Counted from the stretch's first letter, positions 16,967-25,873 are shown. The stretch is DNA of 40,000 nt from an uncultured Actinomycetota bacterium (GCA_963750335.1 CAVVQD010000001.1:296237-336236), one strand, 5' to 3'. The notes: a model not told the origin generated them from the letters alone. Numbers and translations: made by a program.

Positions 16967-19900
16967 GTGACAAGCTGCCGGCCGTGGTACCCGAGGACGC
17001 TCCCTGAGGGCATCTACGAGAGCCTCCTCACCCGGGACCTGCTCGCTCGGCTGGCCGACCTGAAGGCCATCACCGCCGACGTCCCCGAGGCCCAGCAGGC
17101 CTCGGCCCTCGGCGACCACGTCGGCCGCCGTGTCACCAAGGCCCTCGAGGCTGTGCCCCCGGCTGAACGGGTGGCCCTGGTCAACGCACTCCTCCGAGGG
17201 CTCGACGGGGACGACGGTCGAGCCCGGTCCACAGCAGCTCTTTCCGTAGCGCGACAGGAGCAACCCGGCGTCTGGACCCTGCTCGGCACCCGCCCCTCCG
17301 TGCCGCTGTCCCGCCCCGCACTGCTGACGAACTCCTCCACCGACCCCAAGCTCGGCGCCGAGCTGCGCGCGGAGCTGGCCACGGCGGACCAGGTCGACCT
17401 GCTCTGCGCCTTCGTCAAGTGGTACGGGCTGCGCGTGCTGGAGGACCAGCTGCTGGCGCGCCACCAGCGAGGGGTGCCGCTGCGGGTCCTCACGACGACG
17501 TACATGGGAGCGACCGACCGGACCGCCCTGGACCGGCTCGTCCGCGACTTCGGCGCCGAGGTCAAGGTCAACTACGAGACGCAGTCGACCCGGCTGCACG
17601 CCAAGGCGTGGCTCTTCCGCCGGCACAGCGGCTACGACACCGCCTACGTCGGCTCCTCGAACCTCAGCCGCGCAGCCCTGCTCGACGGGCTGGAGTGGAA
17701 CGTCAAGCTCGCGGGCTCGCACACCCCCGAGCTGACCGCGAAGTTCGAGGCCACCTTCGACACGTACTGGGCCGACCCCGCGTTCGTCACGTACGACCCG
17801 GACCAGCGACCAGCGACCGGCTCGACCGAGCCCTCGCCGTCGCCGGCGGGCTGCAGGAGCGCGGCACCGTCACCCGCACCATCAGCGGGCTCGAGGTCCG
17901 GCCCTACCCGCACCAGGAGGCCATCCTCGACCGGCTCCGGGTGGAGCGCGAGACCCACGGCCACCACCGCAACCTGGTGGTCGCCGCCACCGGCACCGGC
18001 AAGACCGTCATCGCAGCGCTGGACTACGCCCGGATGCCGGGCCGTCCGTCGCTGCTGTTCGTCGCGCACCGCAAGGAGATCCTCGAGCAGTCGTTGCGGA
18101 CCTACCGCGAGGTCCTCGCCGACGGGGCGTTCGGCGAGCTCTACTGTCGGCGGCGAGGTCCCCTACCGGTGGCGCCACGTGTTCGCGAGCGTGCAGAGCC
18201 TGTCCGCCGCCGGGCTGCAGCGCCTGGCGGTCGACCAGTTCGAGGTCGTCGTGGTCGACGAGTTCCACCACGCCGAGGCCGCGACCTACCGCCGGCTCCT
18301 CGAGCACCTGGAGCCGACCGAGCTGCTGGGGCTCACGGCGACGCCCGAGCGGTCGGACGGGCTCGACGTCCGGACGTTCTTCGGTGGGCGCACCGCTGCG
18401 GAGCTCCGGCTCTGGGACGCCCTGGAGAACGACCTGCTCTGCCCGTTCCACTACTTCGGGATCAGCGACGCCACGGACCTGTCGCGTCTGGACTGGCGGG
18501 CGGGGGACTACAGCACCAGCGCCCTCGAGAACCTCTACACCGCCGACGACGCACGCGTCCGGATCGTCCTCCGTGAGCTGCGGGACAAGGTCCTGGACCC
18601 GACGTCGATGCGCGCGCTCGGGTTCTGCGTCTCGGTCAAGCACGCCCAGTTCATGGCGGACCGCTTCAACGCCGCAGGCATCCCCGCGAGGGCCGTGTCG
18701 GGGAGCACCTCGCGCGAGGACCGGGCCGACGCCCTCCAAGCACTGCGCGACCGGACCGTCAACGTGCTCTTCGCCGTCGACCTCTTCAACGAGGGCCTCG
18801 ACGTCCCCGACGTCGACACGCTGCTCCTGCTGAGGCCGACCCAGAGCGCGACGATCTTCCTGCAGCAGCTCGGGCGGGGCCTGCGCCGGACCGCCGACAA
18901 GCCCGTGCTCACCGTGCTGGACTTCATCGGGCAGCAGAGCCGCGAGTTCCGCTTCGACCTCAAGTACCGCGCCCTGACCGGGGCCAGCAGGTCGGGTCTC
19001 GAGCGACAGCTGGAGAGCGGGTTCGGCTTGTTGCCGTCCGGCTGCGAACTGGTGCTGGACGCCGTGGCCCGGGACGTCGTCCTCGACAACGTCCGCCGTC
19101 AGCTGCGGCTGAGCCGCAAGGAGCTGCTGCACGAGGTCCGCAGCCATGGCGACCTGTCGCTGGCCGACTGGCTGCGCGAGTCCGGGCGCGAGCTGGCCGA
19201 CGTGTTCAAGGCCGGGTCATGGACGGGGCTGCGTCGCGAAGCCGGGTTGCCTGCACCCGCGGCGGGCCCGATCGAGGAGCAGCTGCTCAAGCGGACCAGC
19301 GCGTTCGCGCACGTGGACGACCCCGAGCGGGCGGGGCTGTACCTGCGCCTGCTCGGGGAGGGGTGGACCTACGACGAGCTGTCCGAGCGGGAGCAGCGGC
19401 TCGCGCGGATGATGTTCTTCTCGCTGTGGCCGAACGCGGCCGGCTACACGAGCTACCAGGAGGGCTTTGATGTCCTCGCGGCTCATCCAGCGGTGCGAGA
19501 CGAGATACGGCAGGTCGTCGAGCTGGGGCTGGCCGAGGCCCAGCACGTCGCCCTTCCTCTCGGCCCGGGGCTGCAGCAAGTGACCCTCCAGACGCACGCT
19601 CACTACAGCCGCGACGAGATCCTCGCGGGACTCGGCTGGGCTGGCGTCGACGGCGGGTCACCCCGGAAGACTGCCGGCTTCGCCTCCGGTGTCGTGTGGG
19701 CGCCGGAGGCCAAGGCTGACGCGTTCATGGTCACGCTGACCAAGGACGAGAAGCACTTCTCGCCGCAGACCATGTACAGCGACTACGCCATCAGCCGTGA
19801 CACCTTCCACTGGGAGTCGCAGAACGCCACTGCCGAAGCGTCTCCGACCGGGCAGCGATACGTGCACCACGCCGAGCGGGGGAGCCACGTGCTGCTGTTC

Positions 19901-20065
19901 GTGCGTGCGACCCGGAGCAACAGCTGGGGCGGGACGGCGACGTACCAGTGCCTCGGGCCGGCGACGTACGTGTCGCACGAGGGCGAGCGACCGATGGCCA
20001 TCACCTGGCGCCTGCGGCACGGGATGCCGGTGGACACGTTCAGGGTGGCGTCGGTGGTGGCGTGA
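16967..20065 (+). pseudogene. SauUSI-like type IV (modification-dependent) restriction enzyme architecture: PLD-family nuclease + SF2 (ResIII/DEAH) helicase + DUF3427. An internal out-of-frame segment is bounded by two compensating indels.
   Basis: - PLD motif 'TRLHAKAWLF...AYVGSSNLS'
- helicase motifs II 'VVVDEFHH', III 'LGLTATPER' and VI 'FLQQLGRGLRR'
- DUF3427-like C-terminus 'FSPQTMYSDYAISRDTFHWESQNATAEASPTGQRY...VLLFVR'
Between ~17813 and ~18145 the long ORF reads Ser/Pro/Arg-rich nonsense. Over the same stretch the frame of ORF 17419..18576 reads 'DRLDRALAVAGG...LEVRPYPHQEAILDRL...NLVVAATGTGKTVIAALDYA...LLFVAHRKEILEQS' (Q motif and Walker A). The start (GTG at 16967) is uncertain. Confidence 0.8.
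17801..17818 (+). repeat. Heptanucleotide direct repeat (GACCAGC x2 + GACC) exactly at the first frame change of the SauUSI-like gene
   Basis: 'GACCAGC GACCAGC GACC' was read directly. Upstream codons are in frame 2 and downstream real codons are in frame 1. That fits loss of 1 nt, or loss of one 7-nt unit from a three-unit ancestor. Confidence 0.6.
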
Positions 20066-20126
20066 GCGGGTAGTACGGCGACCTCACGGCTCGCCGCCCA
20101 GCGGACCCGTTGCGAGGATGCGGCCC

Positions 20127-20456
20127 ATGATCTTCATCACCGCCAAGTTCCCCGCGAAGCCCGAGCACGCCGACGCCTGGCCCGAGCTCTCGCGCTCCTT
20201 CACCGAGGCGACCCGCGCCGAGCCCGGCTGCCTGTGGTTCGAGTGGTCCCGCTCGCTCGACGACCCGACCGTCTATGTCCTCGTCGAGGCGTTCCGCGAC
20301 GGCGACGCGGGCGGCGCGCACGTACGGTCCCACCACTTCCGCCAGGCCCAGGCCGACCTGCCGCAGTACCTGAGCGCCACCCCGTCCATCGTCAGCCAGG
20401 AGGTCGACCAGGACGGCTGGTCCGAGCTCGGCGAGATGCGCGTGGACCAGCCCTGA
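20127..20456 (+). CDS. Antibiotic biosynthesis monooxygenase (ABM) family protein
   Basis: 'MIFITAKFPAKPEHADAWPEL...GCLWFEWSRSLDDPTVYVLVEAFRDGDAGGAHVRSHHF' shows the typical ABM ferredoxin-like fold pattern. A GAGGA motif lies 8 nt upstream of the ATG at 20127. An alternative ATG is at 20118. Confidence 0.75.
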   Translation: MIFITAKFPAKPEHADAWPELSRSFTEATRAEPGCLWFEWSRSLDDPTVYVLVEAFRDGDAGGAHVRSHHFRQAQADLPQYLSATPSIVSQEVDQDGWSELGEMRVDQP

Positions 20457-21832
20457 GCACCGAGCACCCGCTGCTCGCCGAGCTGCGGGCGGCGCTGCCC
20501 GAGGCCGGTGCCCTGCTGGACGCGCCGGAGTCCACCGAGCGCTACCGGCGCGACCAGGCCGTGTGGGCCGAGGCCGCCGTCCCGCTCGCCGTCGCCCGGC
20601 CCTCGACGACCGAGCAGGTGCGTGACGTCGTCGTCGCGTGCCGTCGCCACGCCGTGCCGGTCGTGCCGCGCGGTGCGGGGTCGGGGCTCGCCGGGGGAGC
20701 GAACGCCGTCGAGGGCGGCGTGGTCGTCAGCACCGAGCGGCTTCTGGGGGTTGAGGTCGACCCCATCGAGCGGCTCGCCGTGGTCGGGCCGGGCGTGCTC
20801 AACGCCGACCTGCGCGCCGCGGCTGCCGAGCACGGCCTCTGGTACGCGCCGGACCCGGCGAGCGCGGCGTTCTCCAGCATCGGCGGCAACGTCGCCACCA
20901 ACGCGGGCGGCCTGTGCTGCGTGAAGTACGGCGTCACTCGCGACAACGTCCTCGCCGTGCAGCTGGTCACCGGCGCGGGCGACCTGGTCCGGCTCGGGCG
21001 GCGGACCGCCAAGGGCGTCGCCGGGCTCGACCTGCTCGGGGCCGTCGTCGGCTCCGAGGGCACGCTAGGCGTGGTGACCGAGGTGACGGTCCGGCTGCGG
21101 CCTGCGCGCCCGCCCGAACGGACCGTCGCGGGGTTCTTCGGCTCGCTCGTCGACGCGGGCGAGGCCGTCCTCGCGGTCTCTCGCGCCGGGGTGGTGCCGT
21201 CGGCGCTCGAGCTGATGGACGCCGACTGCCTGCGCGCGGTCGACGCGTGGAAGAACACGGGCCTGGCCGACGAGGCCGACACCCTGCTTCTCGCCCGCCT
21301 GGACGCGCCGGGCGAGGTCGGTGACGCCGAGGCCGCCGCGGTCGAGGCGTGCTTCACCGCGGCCGGCGCCACGTGGGCGGGCCGCTCGTCGGACGAGGCG
21401 GAGGCCGAGGCGCTCTTCGACGCCCGCCGTCTCGTCTGGTCCGCCGTGGAGCGGCTCGGGCCGCTGCTCACCGAGGATGTGTGCGTGCCCATCGGCGCCC
21501 TGCCACGGATGCTCGCCCGGGTGCAGGAGACGGCCCGGCAGCACGACCTCACCATCGCCACCACCGCCCACGCCGGCGACGGCAACCTGCACCCGCTCAT
21601 CGTCGTGCCGGCCAGGCCCGACGGCGAGGCGAGGGCCGCGGCGGCGTTCGAGCAGGTGATGGACGACGCGCTCGCCCTCGGCGGCACGATCACCGGCGAG
21701 CACGGGGTAGGCCGCCTCAAGCGGGAGGGGCTGACCCGCGAGCTCGACCCGGTCGTGCTCGACCTGCAGCGACGGGTGAAGGCAGCCTTCGATCCGGACG
21801 GGATCATGAATCCTGGAGCGGTCTGGCTCTGA
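20453..21832 (+). CDS. FAD-linked oxidase (GlcD/D-lactate dehydrogenase-like)
   Basis: Intact frame within ORF 20234..21832. 'PRGAGSGLAGGANAVEGGVVVS', 'FSSIGGNVATNAGGLCCVKYG' and 'GGTITGEHGVGRLK...FDPDGIMNPG' are present. There is no ATG or GTG near the expected N-terminus ('STEHPLLAELRAAL'). The only candidate is a CTG at 20453 overlapping the upstream stop (CTGA), so the start is uncertain. Confidence 0.8.
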   Translation: MSTEHPLLAELRAALPEAGALLDAPESTERYRRDQAVWAEAAVPLAVARPSTTEQVRDVVVACRRHAVPVVPRGAGSGLAGGANAVEGGVVVSTERLLGVEVDPIERLAVVGPGVLNADLRAAAAEHGLWYAPDPASAAFSSIGGNVATNAGGLCCVKYGVTRDNVLAVQLVTGAGDLVRLGRRTAKGVAGLDLLGAVVGSEGTLGVVTEVTVRLRPARPPERTVAGFFGSLVDAGEAVLAVSRAGVVPSALELMDADCLRAVDAWKNTGLADEADTLLLARLDAPGEVGDAEAAAVEACFTAAGATWAGRSSDEAEAEALFDARRLVWSAVERLGPLLTEDVCVPIGALPRMLARVQETARQHDLTIATTAHAGDGNLHPLIVVPARPDGEARAAAAFEQVMDDALALGGTITGEHGVGRLKREGLTRELDPVVLDLQRRVKAAFDPDGIMNPGAVWL

Positions 21833-21847
21833 ACCTGCTTGAGTTTT

Positions 21848-21877
21848 CACATCCTGAATGACAGTATTCAGGATGTG
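21848..21877. promoter_or_regulatory. Perfect 12-bp inverted repeat (6-nt spacer) in an AT-richer patch at the 5' edge of the MNT/HEPN operon. Candidate operator for the wHTH-MNT protein and/or terminator of the upstream oxidase gene.
   Basis: 'CACATCCTGAAT'-GACAGT-'ATTCAGGATGTG' was read directly. It begins 16 nt after the oxidase stop, and the right arm contains the probable GTG start (21875) of the next gene. Confidence 0.55.
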
Positions 21878-22462
21878 GTCCAAACCGCACCGGCCCTGTT
21901 GCCCCTCCTGCGCAGCGCCGCGCAGGCCCGGGTGCTCGCGCGACTTCTCTTGGCGCCGGCAGTGACGTGGACCGTTTCGTCGCTCGCTGAGGCGGCGGAC
22001 GTGTCCCAGCCGACGGCGAGCCGCGAGGTGCGCCGGCTCGAGCAGACCGGTGTCGTCACGGTCGCCGGCGACCGGAACCTCCGCTCGGTCACCGTGGACA
22101 CCGACGCGCTGTTGTACCCAGAGCTGGCGGGGCTCGTGCTCAAGGCCTTCGGTCCGGCCGCGGTGCTGGGCGAGGAGCTCGCCGACGTGGACGGGGTCGA
22201 CGAGGCGTGGGTGTTCGGCAGCTGGGCCCGCCGCTACCTCGGTGACCCCGGCCCTTCACCGACCGACATCGACCTGCTCGTGGTCGGTGAGCCGGACATG
22301 GACGCCCTCGCCGACGCCGTGACCCGGGCAGGGTCACGTCTGGGCCGTCCGGTTGGTCCTACGGTGCTGAGCCCAGGGGAGTGGGACGCTCCTCCGGACG
22401 GTTTCGTCCGGGCCGTCCGTGATGGTGCGCGGGTGCCGGTGGCCCTGGGGCCGGCCGGATGA
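21875..22462 (+). CDS. Winged-HTH (ArsR/MarR-like) + minimal nucleotidyltransferase (MNT) fusion, an MntA-type antitoxin candidate
   Basis: 'LLRSAAQARVLARLLLAP...SLAEAADVSQPTASREVRRLEQTGVV' is the wHTH. 'VFGSWARRY...SPTDIDLLVVG' is the GS...DxD NTase motif. The ORF track starts it at a TTG at 21839, but I prefer the GTG at 21875. A 4-nt ATGA overlap links it to the next gene. Confidence 0.7.
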   Translation: MVQTAPALLPLLRSAAQARVLARLLLAPAVTWTVSSLAEAADVSQPTASREVRRLEQTGVVTVAGDRNLRSVTVDTDALLYPELAGLVLKAFGPAAVLGEELADVDGVDEAWVFGSWARRYLGDPGPSPTDIDLLVVGEPDMDALADAVTRAGSRLGRPVGPTVLSPGEWDAPPDGFVRAVRDGARVPVALGPAG

Positions 22463-22884
22463 GCGTCGACGCACTGCTCCGCAGCGGTCGGATCGAACGG
22501 GTACCTGCGGACCCCGCCTCGTCCCGCGACCGGATCGCTGCGTGCGAGCAGCACTTGCGCAGCGCCGACCTGCTGGCCGAGGTCGACCCGGCCATGGCCT
22601 ACGCCGCGCTGTACGACGCCGCGCGCAAGGCCCTCACCGCGCACATGCTCGCCCACGGGTACCGGGCCGCCAACCGGGCGGGAGCGCACGAGACCGTGGG
22701 GCTGTACGGCGCCACGGAGGTCGCCGACAGCACCGGAAGCGTGCTCCGGTTCCAGGCGATGAGGTTCAAGCGGAACCGCAGCGAGTACCACGACGTCCCG
22801 GTGGGGCGGCAGGAGGTGGCGGCAGACCTGAACCGGGCTCGAGACATCGTCGAGGCCGTCCGTCGCGCCCTCGAGCAGATGTAG
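22459..22884 (+). CDS. HEPN domain protein, a HepT-type toxin candidate
   Basis: 141-aa all-helical-looking protein with an Rx4-6H motif 'RNRSEYH' near the C-terminal third. It is translationally coupled to the MNT gene. Confidence 0.7.
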   Translation: MSVDALLRSGRIERVPADPASSRDRIAACEQHLRSADLLAEVDPAMAYAALYDAARKALTAHMLAHGYRAANRAGAHETVGLYGATEVADSTGSVLRFQAMRFKRNRSEYHDVPVGRQEVAADLNRARDIVEAVRRALEQM

Positions 22885-22973
22885 CGACCCCCGCCGTGGA
22901 CGGTGGTGCGCAGGCACCACGGCACGTCCACAGATCGGTCCGTCAGGGTGTCCCAGGCCTCGCGCCCCCCGGC

Positions 22974-25120
22974 ATGCTGGTCGTCGTGCCCGTCACCACC
23001 GAAGATCTCCGCCGGCTGGACCCGGACGGCCTCGCCGTCGTCCTCGCGCTCCGCCCGGACGTGCTCGGCCCGACCGACCCGCGCTCGTTGGCGGAGGTCG
23101 CTGCCCGGCTGAGCCACCACGCGTCGCTCGAGCGGGCCGTGCGGACCCTCGACACCCCGACCCTGCAGGTCGCTCGTGCGCTGGTGCTCCTCGGCTGCCA
23201 CGACGACCCGACCGCGCTGCCGCGCCTCCTGCGCCTCACCCGCGCGGAGGAGCTGGACGCGCTCGAGGACTGCCTCCAGGTGCTCGACCACCTGCTGCTG
23301 CGGGAGGACTGCGGCTGCCTGGCCGACGGCCTCGCCGAACGGTGGACGCCCTACGGGCTCGGCCCGTCCGTCCTCCGGTCGCTGGGCTGGCGGACGGGCG
23401 AAGGGCTGCGCCGGGCGCTGCGTGCGTGGGGCGAGCCCACCGAGGGGGACACGCTGGCCTTGGTCGAGCGGCTGGCCGCGGTCCTCACCGACGGCGAGCG
23501 GGTGCGACGGGCGCTGCGGCAGGCACCTGAGGCGGACCGTCGGCTGCTGGCGGAGGCCGCAGCGCGGGACGGGACGGTGGCGCTGGGGCGAACGACCTCA
23601 GGCGGCCGCGGTCCGGGTCCGGGGGACTGGCTCGTCGAGCGGGGGTTCCTCGACGCCGACGGTCCGGACCGGCTGCCGGCCGAGGTGACCATCGCCCTGC
23701 GCGGGCCGTCGTGGCGGCCGCCGTTCGACGGCAGCAGCCTCCCCTACCGACCACGGACCTGCCGCGGGAGCTGGTCGACCGCGAGGCTGCGGCGGCGGCG
23801 AGGCGCTGGCTCCGGCTGATGACGGACCTGGTCCGCAAGGCCGGCCGCACCCCCGTGCGCCTCAACCGGGACGGCAGCCTCGGCGTCCGCGAACGGGGCC
23901 GTCTCGCGGGGATGCTGCGCGCCGACCCCGGCCAGGTGAGCCTCGCGGTGGCCCTGGCCTTCGCGGCGGGGTTCCTCGCTCACCTCGACCAGCACCTGTC
24001 CCCGACCGCGGAGGCGTCCGGGTGGGCGGGCCTGCCCCCGGCGCAGCGCCACGCGGAGGTCGTCCTCGTCTGGCTCGGCCTGCAGCAGGAGGTCCTCGCC
24101 GACGCGGGGACGAGCTGGTGGCCGGCGTCCCACCTCACCTTCTCCGGCAGCAAGCACGTCCTGCTGCGGGTGCTGGCCGCCGTACCCGACCAGGCTGCCG
24201 TCGACGTGGCCGACCTGGTGCGGCTGCTCGCCTGGCTGTCCCCGGCGCGGCTCGGCGAGGGGGACGGCCCGGCGCTGGTGCAGGGTGCGCTCGACGAGGC
24301 GGCTGCGCTCGGGGTCGTCGGCGCGGGGGCGCTGTCGAGCCTCGGCCACGCGCTGATGAACGGGTCCGACGCCGAGCCGGTGCTGGGTCGGTGGCTCGGG
24401 GCCGCGGCGTCGGTCGCCCGCCTGCAGGCCGACCTCACCGCGGTGGTCCTCGGGGACCCCTCGCCGCGCCTGGCCCGGGTGCTCGACCTCCTCGGTACCC
24501 GTGAGGCGAGCGACGAGGCCTCCACGTGGCGGTTCGACGCCCGGTCGGTCGCCCGCGCCCTGGACGCCGGGCACACCGTGGACGGACTGCTGGGCGCGCT
24601 CGCCTCGGTCGCCGAGGGCGAGGTGCCGCAGCCTCTCTCCTACCTGGTCCGGGACACGGCACGGCGCCACGGGGTGCTGCGGCTGGGGGCGGCGTCGTCG
24701 TACCTGCGCTCCGACGACCACGCGCTCCTCGCCGAGATCGCCGCGGACTCCCGGCTGCGGGGCCTGGGCCTGCGGCTGCTCGTCCCCGGGGTGCTCGTCG
24801 CGGACGCGACCCCCGAGCAGACCCTGGCCCGGGTCCGGGACGCCGGCTTCCTGCCCCTGCACGAGGACGGCGACGGCGACCCGGTCCGCCCCGAGGGCAG
24901 GGCCGCTCTGGCTGTCGTGCCCGAGCAGGACGACCCCACCTGGCGGGAACCGACGGTCGGGTCGTCCCCGCAGGACGCTGCGGCCGCGGTGCGCGAGCTG
25001 CCCGTCGAGGCGCCGGGGCCGCTGCTCGACACCGGCCAGAGCGTCGTCGACCGGCAGGCATGGCACGAGCTGGTGCTCAACGAGGCTCGTAGGCGGGTGA
25101 CGGACGCCCCGGTGCGATAG
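22974..25120 (+). pseudogene. Helicase-associated (Helicase_C_3 type, XPB-neighbour family) DNA-binding protein. Needs one frame correction.
   Basis: 'MLVVVPVTTEDLRRLDPDGLAVVLALRPDVLGPTDPRSLAEVAARL...' in ORF 22419..23819 continues as '...LPTTDLPRELVDREAAAAARRW...WRFDARSVARALDAGHTVDGLLGALASVAEGEVPQPLSYLVRDTARRHGVLRLG' in ORF 23711..25120. The frame change lies near ~23745. Confidence 0.65.
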
Positions 25121-25173
25121 AAAACGGTATCGACCCGGCAGGGTCGGCCCCGCTCACCGACGAGAGGTCCCCC

Positions 25174-25873
25174 GTGACGGACAAGCGAGCCCTGGTCGTG
25201 CGCGGCGGCTGGGACGGCCACCAGCCGGTCGAGGCCACCGACCGGTTCATCCCGTTCCTGCGCGAGCCACGGCTACGACGTCCGGGTCGAGGAGTCGGCC
25301 GCGGTCTTCGCCGACGGCGACTACATGGCCGGGGTCGACCTCGTCGTCCACTGCGTGACCATGAGCACCATCGAGGCCGACGAGGTCGCCGGCCTGCGGG
25401 CCGCGGTCGCGGCGGGCACGGGGCTCGCGGGCTGGCACGGCGGCATCGCCGACGCCTACCGCGGCACCTCGGACTGGCTGCAGCTGGTCGGCGGGCAGTT
25501 CGCCGGGCACCCGGGCAAGCACCCCGACGAGCGCACCGGTGAGCAGTCCGACAACTACGTGCCGCACCGGATCGAGATGACGGCGGCCGCGGCGGAGCAC
25601 CCGATCACGGCCGGGCTGTCGCGACTTCGACCTGGTGACCGAGCAGTACTGGGTGCTGGCCGACGACTACGTCGACGTGCTCGCCACCACCACCCAGGCC
25701 GTCCTCGGCTGGGAGCCGTGGCACCGGCCCGTCACCTCCCCGGCGGTGTGGACGCGCGCCGTGGGGCGCAGGGCCGGGTGTTCGTCTGCACGCCGGGGCA
25801 CCGGGTCGAGGTCCTCGACGACACGAACGTGCGCACGCTGGTCGAGCGCGGGCTGCTGTGGGCGAGCCGATGA
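25174..25873 (+). pseudogene. ThuA domain protein (trehalose-utilisation-like). Needs at least three frame corrections.
   Basis: The gene reads through these segments:
- 'KRALVVRGGWDGHQPVEATDRFIPFLRE' in the frame of ORF 25174..25542
- 'HGYDVRVEES...VVHCVTMSTIEADEVAGLRAAVAAGTGLAGWHGGIADAYR...QFAGHPG...HPITAGL' in the frame of ORF 25325..25873
- 'DFDLVTEQYWVLADDYVDVLATTT...PAVWTRA' in the frame of ORF 25635..25937
- 'GRVFVCTPGHRVEVLDD...RGLLWASR*'
Frame changes lie near ~25267, ~25621 and ~25761-25773. Confidence 0.8.

Noticed and set aside
16967-20065. Treating the 1032-aa ORF as an intact SauUSI-like enzyme.
   Set aside because: The segment ~17813-18145 of the long ORF is nonsense, while an alternative frame encodes the Q motif and Walker A. 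The gene is therefore reported as frame-disrupted.
13532-20126. Calling the 13.5-20.1 kb segment a mobile element or prophage.
   Set aside because: I could recognise no integrase, transposase, recombinase, tRNA attachment site, terminal inverted repeats or phage structural genes. Only a truncated flanking gene and mildly atypical codon usage support foreign origin, so I describe it as an island-like accessory segment.
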